From assembly GCA_963765675.1 (NCBI GenBank), contig CAVXXK010000006.1, positions 128,001 through 192,000 of the forward strand: DNA of 64,000 nt. Reading direction: 5' to 3'. The DNA comes from an uncultured delta proteobacterium (GTDB lineage: Bacteria; Desulfobacterota; Binatia; Binatales; Binataceae). The position numbers and the translations under genes were made by a program. Under the pieces are notes generated by a model. That model was given only the letters and a program-made list of their open reading frames with translations, made no database searches and had not been told where the DNA came from. Positions 40,681 to 49,073 of this stretch are shown piece after piece. Position 1 is the stretch's first letter, and every line of letters starts with the position of its first letter.

Positions 40681-42447
40681 CTACTCGGGCGGCGAATCTT
40701 CGTCGTCTTCGTCGGGCGCCACCACTTCGTCGACAACGCGTGAGTGCTCGAACATTCCGGCGCCCTCGCGATCGCCCGCGCGAAATTTCGCAAAGCCGAG
40801 CGTGGTAAAGATTCGGCTATGGTCGGGTCCGGGGCGTGAGAGCGGTACGAACGCGCAGACCGCGCCTTCGAGCGCGATCGCCTCATGACGCCATTGTCCG
40901 CGCGCGGAAATCTTGCTCGGCGCTTCCTCGGGCGACGGAGTTTCGATTTCGAGCGCAGCCAGCTCGCCGTCGGCCCATCCTTCGGCGCCGAGGAAAATCG
41001 CCTTGCGATGAAGCTCGGAGGAGTCGTCGCTGACGGTGCGGAGCTCGATCGCACAGGGCGCGCGTCCGTCCTCGAAACACGCCCACAGCATCCGACGCTC
41101 GCGAAATTTCTGCGGACCGAGTCCGGTGAACGAGAGCCCGGCGCGAGCGACGGCGCGCAGCGCGGTCGCTTCGCCATCGATTTCGACGCTGCCGGTCATC
41201 TCCGCGAACGAAGAAATCGAGTCCGCTGAACGCGGCGCGCCGCTGCCGCCAAAAATCGCCGACGGGTCGAAGCCGTTATCGGGCAGGCGCATCCGAAGAT
41301 CCACGCGCGCTGCCGGATCGAGCCGGCCCGAGGCGAGCGCGCGCTCGATACTCAAGTACGCCGAGCCGTCGGGCACGATAACGATTGGACCGGAAAATCT
41401 TAAGAGCAGCTCGCGTCCTTCGACTGCGAGCGTGAGCGGTCCGAGCGAGAGTCCGTCGCCCGCGAGCTTGACGCGGCCCTCGCAGGTGCAGAGCGCGACG
41501 CGGCGTTCCTTCGACAGGAACATGATTCGCGCGCCGAAGCCGCCGCTCAGATCGAAGCTCGCCATCGCGCCGAGACCGGCGCGCGGATCGAAGAACTCGA
41601 CGCCGACTCGCGTCGGTATCGACGGCGCTGCCACGCGCGCGGGGGCGACAGGGCGCGGCATCGGCTCGCGCACGATCTTGAGCCGCGAGCCAGACCGCGA
41701 CGGTTCCGCTGAGCGCGGACCGAACGCCGATTCGAGCGCGTCGATGCATCGGTCACGCAGCCGCCCGGGCATCCTGACAGCGACGGAGAGCTCGAGCTGC
41801 GCGGCGTCGACCTGGGCGCTTTCGGAAAGTGCCGCGATCGTTCTGAGCGCGGCGACCGTGCTCTGGCGATGACGCTCGGTGAAGGCCTGCACCAGGTTGT
41901 GCAGCGCGCCCGCCGGGTAGCGCATCCCGAAAGTCGGGGTGACGCCGCTTTCGCGCAGCCGCGCCGCGAAGTCCATCAACGGCCCGCGGATAAACTCGTC
42001 GCTGGCCGAGACGCGCGCCTGTCCAGTGGGGCGCAGCTCTCCGCCGATCGTCCTGACGCCCAATCCCAGGTCGACGCGCGGCTCGATAATGTTCCATCCG
42101 TGGATCATCAGCACGATCGCGTGGCCGTGGCGCTCGACGATACTGCTCACGCGCTCGGCGATCATCTCGAGGATCCACGGCGCGTGCTCGGCGAGTTGGG
42201 TCAGGCGATTGCAATCGAGCTGGTTGCGATCCATCCCGAAGTTGATCAGCGCCGCCGCGCCGAGGCGCCGCGCGAGTTCGCGCGCGATGTCCGCGGTATG
42301 AAGATCGTTGACCTTGGGATGCAGCGTCGCGCGCGAGGCGGCGCCGGCGCGGCCGCCATGCGGTGCGATCAGCAGAATCGGAGAATCAGCCTCGATGGTT
42401 TGCAGCCAGGTGCCCGCCGCTTCGAGGCCGACCGCCGCGCCGCTCAT
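40681..42447 (-). CDS. Two-domain protein: N-formylglutamate amidohydrolase-like N-terminus plus unknown beta-rich C-terminus
   Basis: PILLIAPHGG..ND.HT..IA..LA..DRNQLDCNR..LMIHGW..QLEL; ATG overlaps the pcs stop (ATGA). Confidence 0.6.
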   Translation of the reverse strand: MSGAAVGLEAAGTWLQTIEADSPILLIAPHGGRAGAASRATLHPKVNDLHTADIARELARRLGAAALINFGMDRNQLDCNRLTQLAEHAPWILEMIAERVSSIVERHGHAIVLMIHGWNIIEPRVDLGLGVRTIGGELRPTGQARVSASDEFIRGPLMDFAARLRESGVTPTFGMRYPAGALHNLVQAFTERHRQSTVAALRTIAALSESAQVDAAQLELSVAVRMPGRLRDRCIDALESAFGPRSAEPSRSGSRLKIVREPMPRPVAPARVAAPSIPTRVGVEFFDPRAGLGAMASFDLSGGFGARIMFLSKERRVALCTCEGRVKLAGDGLSLGPLTLAVEGRELLLRFSGPIVIVPDGSAYLSIERALASGRLDPAARVDLRMRLPDNGFDPSAIFGGSGAPRSADSISSFAEMTGSVEIDGEATALRAVARAGLSFTGLGPQKFRERRMLWACFEDGRAPCAIELRTVSDDSSELHRKAIFLGAEGWADGELAALEIETPSPEEAPSKISARGQWRHEAIALEGAVCAFVPLSRPGPDHSRIFTTLGFAKFRAGDREGAGMFEHSRVVDEVVAPDEDDEDSPPE

Positions 42448-43196
42448 GACGCCGCGACTCGCGCGCTGCGCGCATGCAGGATGAACGACGCGGCGAAATA
42501 ATACACGATAAAACTGAGTGAGACTCCGAGCATGATCGGATTTACGATCGGCAGCATCGGGAGCATCGCGAAGGTCACTACCGCCCACACGATTCCATAC
42601 GCGAGCGTCACTGGCCGCAGCGGAACCGTGCGGCTCGGATAGATATATCTGATCGGCACGAACACCATCACCGCGAAAATTATCAGGATTGCCCAGTTGA
42701 TCACGCTCGGCCAGTGGAGGCAGTAGAGATAGAACGCGACGATATTCCAGTAGTTCGGAAAGCCGAGAAAATAATGATCATCGGTCTTCGCGTCGGTCTG
42801 GCAGAAGCCGTACACGCTTGCCAGCATGATGAAGCACGCGAGCACGAGGCCCGGAATCGACTTGGGAATGATGCCCGCTTCGAGCATCAGGAACACGGCG
42901 GCGACGGTGTAGGTCAGGTAGTCGACGATATTGTCGAGCAGCGAGCCGTCGAACGAAGGCACGCGATGCTTGACATCGACCCACCTGGCGAGGGCTCCGT
43001 CGCTCGAGTCGATAAAGATCGCGATTCCGATCGCGACGAACGACATCGGAAAGTTTTGCTCCGCCGCGTAGTAGATCGCGAGCAATCCCGCCGCCGCGCC
43101 GAGCGCGGTGTACAGATGTACGGCCCAGGCGCAGGCCAGCAGAATACGCTGGCGCGGCAATGGTCCGGAGATGGTTCCCGCCGCGCTGGTCATCAC
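42444..43196 (-). CDS. pcs: Phosphatidylcholine synthase (CDP-alcohol phosphatidyltransferase family)
   Basis: AWAVHLYTALG, DSSDGALAR..DGSLLDNIVDYLTY, KTDDHYFLGFPNYWNIV, FVPIRYIYP; these are Pcs-type signatures. Confidence 0.85.
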   Translation of the reverse strand: MMTSAAGTISGPLPRQRILLACAWAVHLYTALGAAAGLLAIYYAAEQNFPMSFVAIGIAIFIDSSDGALARWVDVKHRVPSFDGSLLDNIVDYLTYTVAAVFLMLEAGIIPKSIPGLVLACFIMLASVYGFCQTDAKTDDHYFLGFPNYWNIVAFYLYCLHWPSVINWAILIIFAVMVFVPIRYIYPSRTVPLRPVTLAYGIVWAVVTFAMLPMLPIVNPIMLGVSLSFIVYYFAASFILHARSARVAAS

Positions 43197-43214
43197 ATTC
43201 TCACTTAAGCATCG

Positions 43215-43748
43215 TCACTTGGCGGGTTTCACGTGACGCGGCCCGAAGTGATCTTCGAGCACGGTCATGAATGGACCGCACGCGCGGCGGCGTTTGACCA
43301 GCAACATCGCTTCTTCCAGCGACATCTGGCGGCACGCGCGCAGGTACGCGATCGCAAGCGTCGGCGCGCGGTTCATCCCGGCGTTGCAGTGCAGGTAAAC
43401 CCGCTGGCGGGTTTTCATCAGCTCGCACAGATCTTCGAGCGCAACTTCCAGCCGCTCAGCCATCGCGTCCGCGCTGCCGTCCTGGATCGGAGTCCGCACG
43501 AACATCATCCCGCGCGCATCATACTCGCCGCGCAGCTCCGTGGCGTTGAGCCCGTTGATACGCAAATCCTCGTCGTCCTGGAGATTGTGCACCGCGGTGA
43601 CGCCGTAGGTGTCTTTGAGCCATCCGATATCTTCCGGGGCGGGATATTCGCCGATCAGCAGCTCGTCGGTGATCTCGCTGACGGAGGGGCGGCGGTCGCC
43701 GCGGGTCGAGCGCGGATGGCCGTCGGAGTTTTTGCTGAACCAGTCCAT
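43215..43748 (-). CDS. Dual-specificity (Cys-based) phosphatase
   Basis: P-loop VYLHCNAGMNRA (HCxxGxxR), PIQD acid loop. Confidence 0.9.
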   Translation of the reverse strand: MDWFSKNSDGHPRSTRGDRRPSVSEITDELLIGEYPAPEDIGWLKDTYGVTAVHNLQDDEDLRINGLNATELRGEYDARGMMFVRTPIQDGSADAMAERLEVALEDLCELMKTRQRVYLHCNAGMNRAPTLAIAYLRACRQMSLEEAMLLVKRRRACGPFMTVLEDHFGPRHVKPAK

Positions 43749-43810
43749 CGCCTTGAATTTAGCCGGGTCGGAATAGTCAATTCCAGTATGGCATCATTCG
43801 CCCGTCCACG

Positions 43811-44656
43811 TCATTGCCGCGCGGTGCATACGTTCGGGCTGCCCGCCTGCTTCCATTCGTAGAGCCAGATCGAGGCGAGCGTCGAGGCGGCGTCGGCGAT
43901 CTGTCCATTGAAGAGCGCCGAGTCGTGCGCGAACAGCGCATCGGCGTATGCGGAATTGTCGCCGCCGGCAGTTCGCGCGGCGCGATCGTCGGCGATGATT
44001 CGGCGGACCAGCGCGTGCGAGCGCGAGATCTCGCCGATCGCCGCAGGCCATACTCCCGCAATGGCGGTGACGCGAACCTCAGGCGCCGCGGCGCGCTCGA
44101 TATCGCGCGTGCGATGGTTGGCGGCGTTCTCGATCCGCTCGTGGCATCCGCGCTGCCTCCTGCTGCAATCGTGGCGAATCGTCGTGTGCAGCGGCTGGCT
44201 CGCGTCGCCGACGTAGTGCGCGAGATAGCCCGAATGCGTGACGGCTGCGGCGCAATCGCCGCGCTGCCAGTCCTCGCGCACCAGAGCCGCCTCGCTCTCG
44301 ATCGTCCACGGCAGAGTGCCCGCCTTATCGACGCGATACTTGCCGTACCGCGAGAGCATCGTGCTCAAATCCGGTGACAGGGCGGACAGCGGATCGGCGC
44401 CATACCTTTCCAGATCGATGTAATGCCGGATCGCCTCGGCGTGTCCGTAGCGGTCGCGCAAAGTTGTATCGGGCGCGACGGCGTCGGATTCGAGCGCGCG
44501 CTCGTTTTTCGCGAGCGCCTCTTTCAACGGCGAAGCGGGCAGGGCGCTCACCGCGAGGCTCGCGATCATCCGATGCGTTCCGCTGTCCCACGCACTAGCG
44601 GTCGACGCGGTCGCCAGGAGTACGATCGTCCACAGAATCGTGAAGAGCAGCTTCAC
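43811..44656 (-). CDS. Secreted S1/P1 nuclease / Zn-dependent phospholipase C fold enzyme
   Basis: Signal peptide then AWDSGTH (mature N-terminal Trp..His), APD, HYID, GTLPW, HYVGDASQPLH, HERIE; GTG overlaps the upstream stop. Confidence 0.8.
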   Translation of the reverse strand: MKLLFTILWTIVLLATASTASAWDSGTHRMIASLAVSALPASPLKEALAKNERALESDAVAPDTTLRDRYGHAEAIRHYIDLERYGADPLSALSPDLSTMLSRYGKYRVDKAGTLPWTIESEAALVREDWQRGDCAAAVTHSGYLAHYVGDASQPLHTTIRHDCSRRQRGCHERIENAANHRTRDIERAAAPEVRVTAIAGVWPAAIGEISRSHALVRRIIADDRAARTAGGDNSAYADALFAHDSALFNGQIADAASTLASIWLYEWKQAGSPNVCTARQ

Positions 44657-47600
44657 GCTTTCGCGCCACGGCTGTGGCGAGCGCGATCGTTGCGCGCGTG
44701 AGCGCTCTCGGGAGATTTGGAAGTCGCCTGCTCCGGCTCGGTTGCGGACTCGATCGCGGCTGCCGCTTTGCGCACGCGCGCGGCGCGGGCGGGCGGCGCG
44801 CCCAACGCGACCACGGCGCGACGCATGTGCTCGGCGAGTTTCCGGTAGGCGCCCATCCCTTCGCCATTCTCCGTTAGCGCGCGCATCGCGGCGTTCGTGA
44901 TCACGCTCCCGATCCTGACGTCCACCGGATGACGCCGCGGCCACAGGCTGCCCTTGCCCAGCACCTGGTGCGTGCCGCGAATCAGAACCGGCAGTACGTC
45001 GCATCCGCTGCGCAGCGCGAGGTATCCTGCCCCGCTCTTGAACTCGTGGATCGCGCCGTCAGCGGAGCGCGTGCCCTCCGGGAACATCAGCACGCTCTTG
45101 CCGGCGGCGAGCTCGGCCAGCGCGTCGTCGAGCGATTCGAGCTGCGCGCGCTCGCGATCGAACGGGATGAGCGAAGTAAAATTCGAGGCGAGAAAGCGGC
45201 GCGCGCCGGTGTTGAAGAAGTAATCCTTGGCAGCCAGCACCACCAGGTCGTCGCCCATCGCGCCGAGCGCGTACCCGACCAGGCCAAAATCGAGATGACT
45301 CGAATGATTCGCGACCACCACCACGTTGCGATTCGCGGGCACGTTGCCACGTCCGAGAATTTCCGGCCTGAGCCACGTCTGAAAGGCGCCCTGCTGCGAG
45401 CGCCGGAGCATCCGCCGCGCGAGTCCGCGAACCGCCGCGGGCAGCTTGGGCGTATAAGGATCGGCAAACCGCGCGTACGAGGGCATCCGCACTCGTCCGC
45501 TGCCGTTGCCGGCCTGCGCGATGCGCTGCAGATCCTCGACCGTGCGCAGGTCGCTCATCTCTTCGGGTCCGATGTCGCGCCCGGCGTGTTCGGCAATATG
45601 CTCGCCCAGCTCCGCCATCGCCAGCGAGTCGAGTCCCAAGTCCTCGATCAGTCGCGTCGTAGGATTGATCGCGATTCGTTCCGACGAGACTTGCGCGAGC
45701 GCCTGCGCGAGCCACGGCTCGACCTCCGCGCTGTGAGCGGCCGCGGCGCTCTCGGCGCTCGTGGCGGCGAGCATCCGGCGCAGGATCGCGGCGACCTCGT
45801 TGCGTTTGACCTTGCGCGTGCGGGTGCGCGGCAGCTCGGCGTCGGTGAAGCGGATGATCCGGATGCGCTTGTGCGGGCTCAGTCCCTGCGCGATTTTCTC
45901 GAAGTGCGCGCGCAAGCCGTCCTCGACCGTGCGCCTGCTCTCACCGCGCGCGTACGCGGGAACCGCCAGCGCCGCAACCTGCTCACCCTGCGCGACCTGC
46001 AATCCGACCACCGCGATCTCGCGCAGGTACGGCGAATGTCCGTACGCCTCTTCGAGCTCGTCGATATAGATGTTGTTGCCGCCCGAATCGACGATCACTT
46101 CCTTGGCGCGACCCACGATAAAGAGCCGCCCCTCGGCGTCGAGGCGCCCGAGGTCTCCGGTATGCAGCCATCCGTCGCGCAGAACTTCGTCGGTGGCGGA
46201 TTGATTGCGATAGTAACCCGCCATCACGTTCGCGCCGCGCGCGCAGATTTCTCCGATCTCCGCACCGTCGGGATCGAGCCGAATCTCGACGCCGGAGAGC
46301 GGCTTGCCGACCGAGCCGGCGCATCGCGGATCATCAGGATGCGCGGTGCTCAGAACGGGCGCGGCCTCGGTCAGGCCGTAGCCTTCGAGCAGATGGATTC
46401 CAAGGTCGCCGAAAAAATCTCCGACGCGCAGCGGCAGCGCCGCTCCGCCGCTGACCGCCAGCCGCAGCCGTCCGCCGAGCGCCTGATGCGCTTGCCGGAA
46501 GAGGACCGAGCCCAGGTTGATGCCCGAGTCTCTGTCGAGCCGCCGATTCAGCTCGCGCATCTGGCCGAATGCGGCGGCGAAGAAGGGCCCACGCTCTTCA
46601 ACCTCGTCAACGATCCGGCGATGAACCGCTTCCCACAACGCGGGCACGCCGATCAGCGCGGTCGGTCGAATGTCGGCGAGAATCCGCGAAAGATTCTTGG
46701 CGTCGAACTCGATCGGGTAAGCGATCGCGGCGCCGCTCGCGAGCGGCAGCAGCATCCCGCAGGTGAACTCGAACGTATGATGCAGCGGCAGCAGCGAGAG
46801 CAGGGTGTCGTCGCCAGAGAGCGCGAACACGCGGCTTATCATCGCGACCTCGGCCGCGAAATTCCCGTGCGTCAGCATCACGCCTTTGGGCGCGCCTGTA
46901 GTGCCCGAGGTGAAGACGATCGACGCGAGCGCTTTGCGCTCGGGCGGAGCGACGGGAGCGGCCGCCTTGTCGAGAATAAACGGGCGGGTAAGCTCGGCCA
47001 GGTCGACCGCAACCGCTCCTGGAGCCACCGCGTGAATCGAGTCGCCGAGCCGTTTGGCGACGGCGCTCGAGCGCAACGCGCCGCGCGGCTGCGCGATCTT
47101 GCAGATCGGCGCAAGCTCATCGGCCGAGATCAGATGGTCGAGCGGCACCGCGACCGCGCCCGCGCACAGGATCGCGAAGAATCCAAGCACCCAGTCGGGC
47201 GAATTTTCGGAGATGAGCAGCACGCGATCGCCGGGCTTGATTCCGCGCCGCGCGAGCAAGAGAGCCGCGCGATGCGCCCGGTCGCGCAGCTCACGATAGC
47301 TCATCGTCGTGCGTTCTCCGGCGGGTCTCCGCGCGATCAGTGCGGGTGCGGAGCCGTAACGCTCGGCGGCACGATCGAGCAGATCGACCAGGTTGCGATA
47401 GCGCGGCAGCGAGCGTTGGCGGCGCGTATGCAGATCGAGCTGGCCGAAAATATGCCGTCGCAGGCCGGGCATGTGGATATTCATCCAGTAGTCGCGCCAG
47501 TCGATCCGGTCGGGGCGATACGGATGATGCTTCACGTCGTCGCGTGCGAGGCTCGCGTAAAGCGCGCGCGCGTTCGCGCCGTGGAATGTATAGACCAGCT

Positions 47601-49056
47601 CCTGGATATATGGACGGTAAACCTCGACCAGCTCGCGCGCGAGATCGGTGTTGTCCTTGAACGTGTCGATACGCGTTTCGAGCTGCTTGATTCGTTCGGA
47701 ATCGTCGCCGACTACAGAGCGCGCGATCTCGGCCGCGCGTTTGAGAATGCGCGGCAACGTCTCGCTCGCGAGGTCGTAGGTATTCTGCGAGACGACTACC
47801 GCTTCCAGATGCTTCGCCATCCGGGCCGACGAGCCCTTGTCGCCGCGATGGTCGCGGCGATTAGTCAGTGCGGTCAGCTCGACCAGCCGGCGCATCGGAA
47901 GTGGATTACGATCCGAAGTGCATAGTTGATAAATCGGCTTCTGGCGCTTGATCAGCAGCGCGCCGAGAATCGGGATCATCGCGTGCGCCGCGAGATCGAC
48001 CGGAATCACGTCGAGCACCAGCTCGGCCTTCGCCGGATAGAAGCGGTAGCCGCGTCCGGACAGATAGGTCAGCGGAGCGCTGGTGTTAACGCCCTGGTTC
48101 CATCCGGGAAAGGGATCGGCGAGCGCGCTTTCGATTACGGCGGGGCGCACGACGGTTACGTTCAGCTCGTCGCGCGCCGCTAATACTAATTGCTCACCCA
48201 GGCTCTTGGTATAGCTATAGGTATTAGGCCATCCCCATTTGAGCGCGCGTTGCTTGCCTACGTCTTTCAAGCGCTCTTCGACCCAGGCTTTGCGGCGATG
48301 CTCGAGCGCGCCTTCGCGGGTCTCGACTTCGGCGTTGTCGTCGTCGGATTCGCCGCGAAAATCCGCCAGCCGCTGCTGGTCGCGCGATTCCGCTTCGACT
48401 CGTGCGATTGCGGCGCGCGCGTCGCGAATCTCGCGCTCGAGGTTGAAGCTCTTGCGTCCGGCGGGACACCAATTGGTCGGAATATCGTCTTCGAACCGAT
48501 GCCCGTCAGCCGCGCCGGCGACATAGCAGGTCGAGATATGGAGCATCGCGGCGCCGATCTTCTTGCAGAACGCGACCACGTTCGCGACGCCACCCGCGTT
48601 GACCTCGATCGACTTGGACAGTGACGCTTCGAAGTTGACCAGCCCGGCGCTATGTACAACGGCGTCGATACTGCCGCTTCGGATCGGGTCCGCATCGGCG
48701 GCGAGCAAGTCAGGATTGGTAATATCGCCGGGAACGACTACTACTTTCTCTTCTATATAGTGGTCGAAGCGGGAGCCGAGATGCTCGCGCAACGGCGCCA
48801 TCGCCGGCGAGTCGAGAATCTCGCGGCGGAAGCGATTGAGGCTCGATTTCTTGTCGCCGCGAACCAGAATAAATACGCGATCGAGCTCCGGATGCCACCG
48901 CAGGAGCAGCATTAAAAACACTTTGCCCAGGAAGCCGGTCGCGCCGGTCAGGAAGATGCGCCGCTTGCGGAAAATCTCTTCGAGCGGCGGCATCGCGCTG
49001 CTTGAGCGTCCATTTAATCCGCGGCTATTTCCGTTGCTTCCTGACACTTGCTTCAA
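44653..49056 (-). CDS. elbD: ElbD-like multifunctional enzyme: fatty acyl reductase + acyl-AMP/CoA ligase + ACP + glycerolipid acyltransferase
   Basis: TGATGFLG, HISTCY, YSYTKS (FAR); FTSGTTGAPKG, GYGLTE, LHTGDLG (ANL); LGLDSL (pantetheine Ser); NHSSHLD, FPEGTRS (PlsC-type). Same domain order as Myxococcus ElbD. Confidence 0.85.
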   Translation of the reverse strand: MKQVSGSNGNSRGLNGRSSSAMPPLEEIFRKRRIFLTGATGFLGKVFLMLLLRWHPELDRVFILVRGDKKSSLNRFRREILDSPAMAPLREHLGSRFDHYIEEKVVVVPGDITNPDLLAADADPIRSGSIDAVVHSAGLVNFEASLSKSIEVNAGGVANVVAFCKKIGAAMLHISTCYVAGAADGHRFEDDIPTNWCPAGRKSFNLEREIRDARAAIARVEAESRDQQRLADFRGESDDDNAEVETREGALEHRRKAWVEERLKDVGKQRALKWGWPNTYSYTKSLGEQLVLAARDELNVTVVRPAVIESALADPFPGWNQGVNTSAPLTYLSGRGYRFYPAKAELVLDVIPVDLAAHAMIPILGALLIKRQKPIYQLCTSDRNPLPMRRLVELTALTNRRDHRGDKGSSARMAKHLEAVVVSQNTYDLASETLPRILKRAAEIARSVVGDDSERIKQLETRIDTFKDNTDLARELVEVYRPYIQELVYTFHGANARALYASLARDDVKHHPYRPDRIDWRDYWMNIHMPGLRRHIFGQLDLHTRRQRSLPRYRNLVDLLDRAAERYGSAPALIARRPAGERTTMSYRELRDRAHRAALLLARRGIKPGDRVLLISENSPDWVLGFFAILCAGAVAVPLDHLISADELAPICKIAQPRGALRSSAVAKRLGDSIHAVAPGAVAVDLAELTRPFILDKAAAPVAPPERKALASIVFTSGTTGAPKGVMLTHGNFAAEVAMISRVFALSGDDTLLSLLPLHHTFEFTCGMLLPLASGAAIAYPIEFDAKNLSRILADIRPTALIGVPALWEAVHRRIVDEVEERGPFFAAAFGQMRELNRRLDRDSGINLGSVLFRQAHQALGGRLRLAVSGGAALPLRVGDFFGDLGIHLLEGYGLTEAAPVLSTAHPDDPRCAGSVGKPLSGVEIRLDPDGAEIGEICARGANVMAGYYRNQSATDEVLRDGWLHTGDLGRLDAEGRLFIVGRAKEVIVDSGGNNIYIDELEEAYGHSPYLREIAVVGLQVAQGEQVAALAVPAYARGESRRTVEDGLRAHFEKIAQGLSPHKRIRIIRFTDAELPRTRTRKVKRNEVAAILRRMLAATSAESAAAAHSAEVEPWLAQALAQVSSERIAINPTTRLIEDLGLDSLAMAELGEHIAEHAGRDIGPEEMSDLRTVEDLQRIAQAGNGSGRVRMPSYARFADPYTPKLPAAVRGLARRMLRRSQQGAFQTWLRPEILGRGNVPANRNVVVVANHSSHLDFGLVGYALGAMGDDLVVLAAKDYFFNTGARRFLASNFTSLIPFDRERAQLESLDDALAELAAGKSVLMFPEGTRSADGAIHEFKSGAGYLALRSGCDVLPVLIRGTHQVLGKGSLWPRRHPVDVRIGSVITNAAMRALTENGEGMGAYRKLAEHMRRAVVALGAPPARAARVRKAAAAIESATEPEQATSKSPESAHARNDRARHSRGAKA

Positions 49057-49073
49057 CTAGTTAATCGACCTGG

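Noticed and set aside
44929-47925. 998-aa plus-strand ORF and many other long overlapping ORFs
   Set aside because: Antisense or alternate-frame artefacts of high-GC coding sequence; Arg/Ala-rich with no motifs
44653-49056. NRPS or carboxylic acid reductase call for the A-T-containing protein
   Set aside because: No condensation domain; the reductase is N-terminal FAR-type and the C-terminus is a PlsC-type acyltransferase
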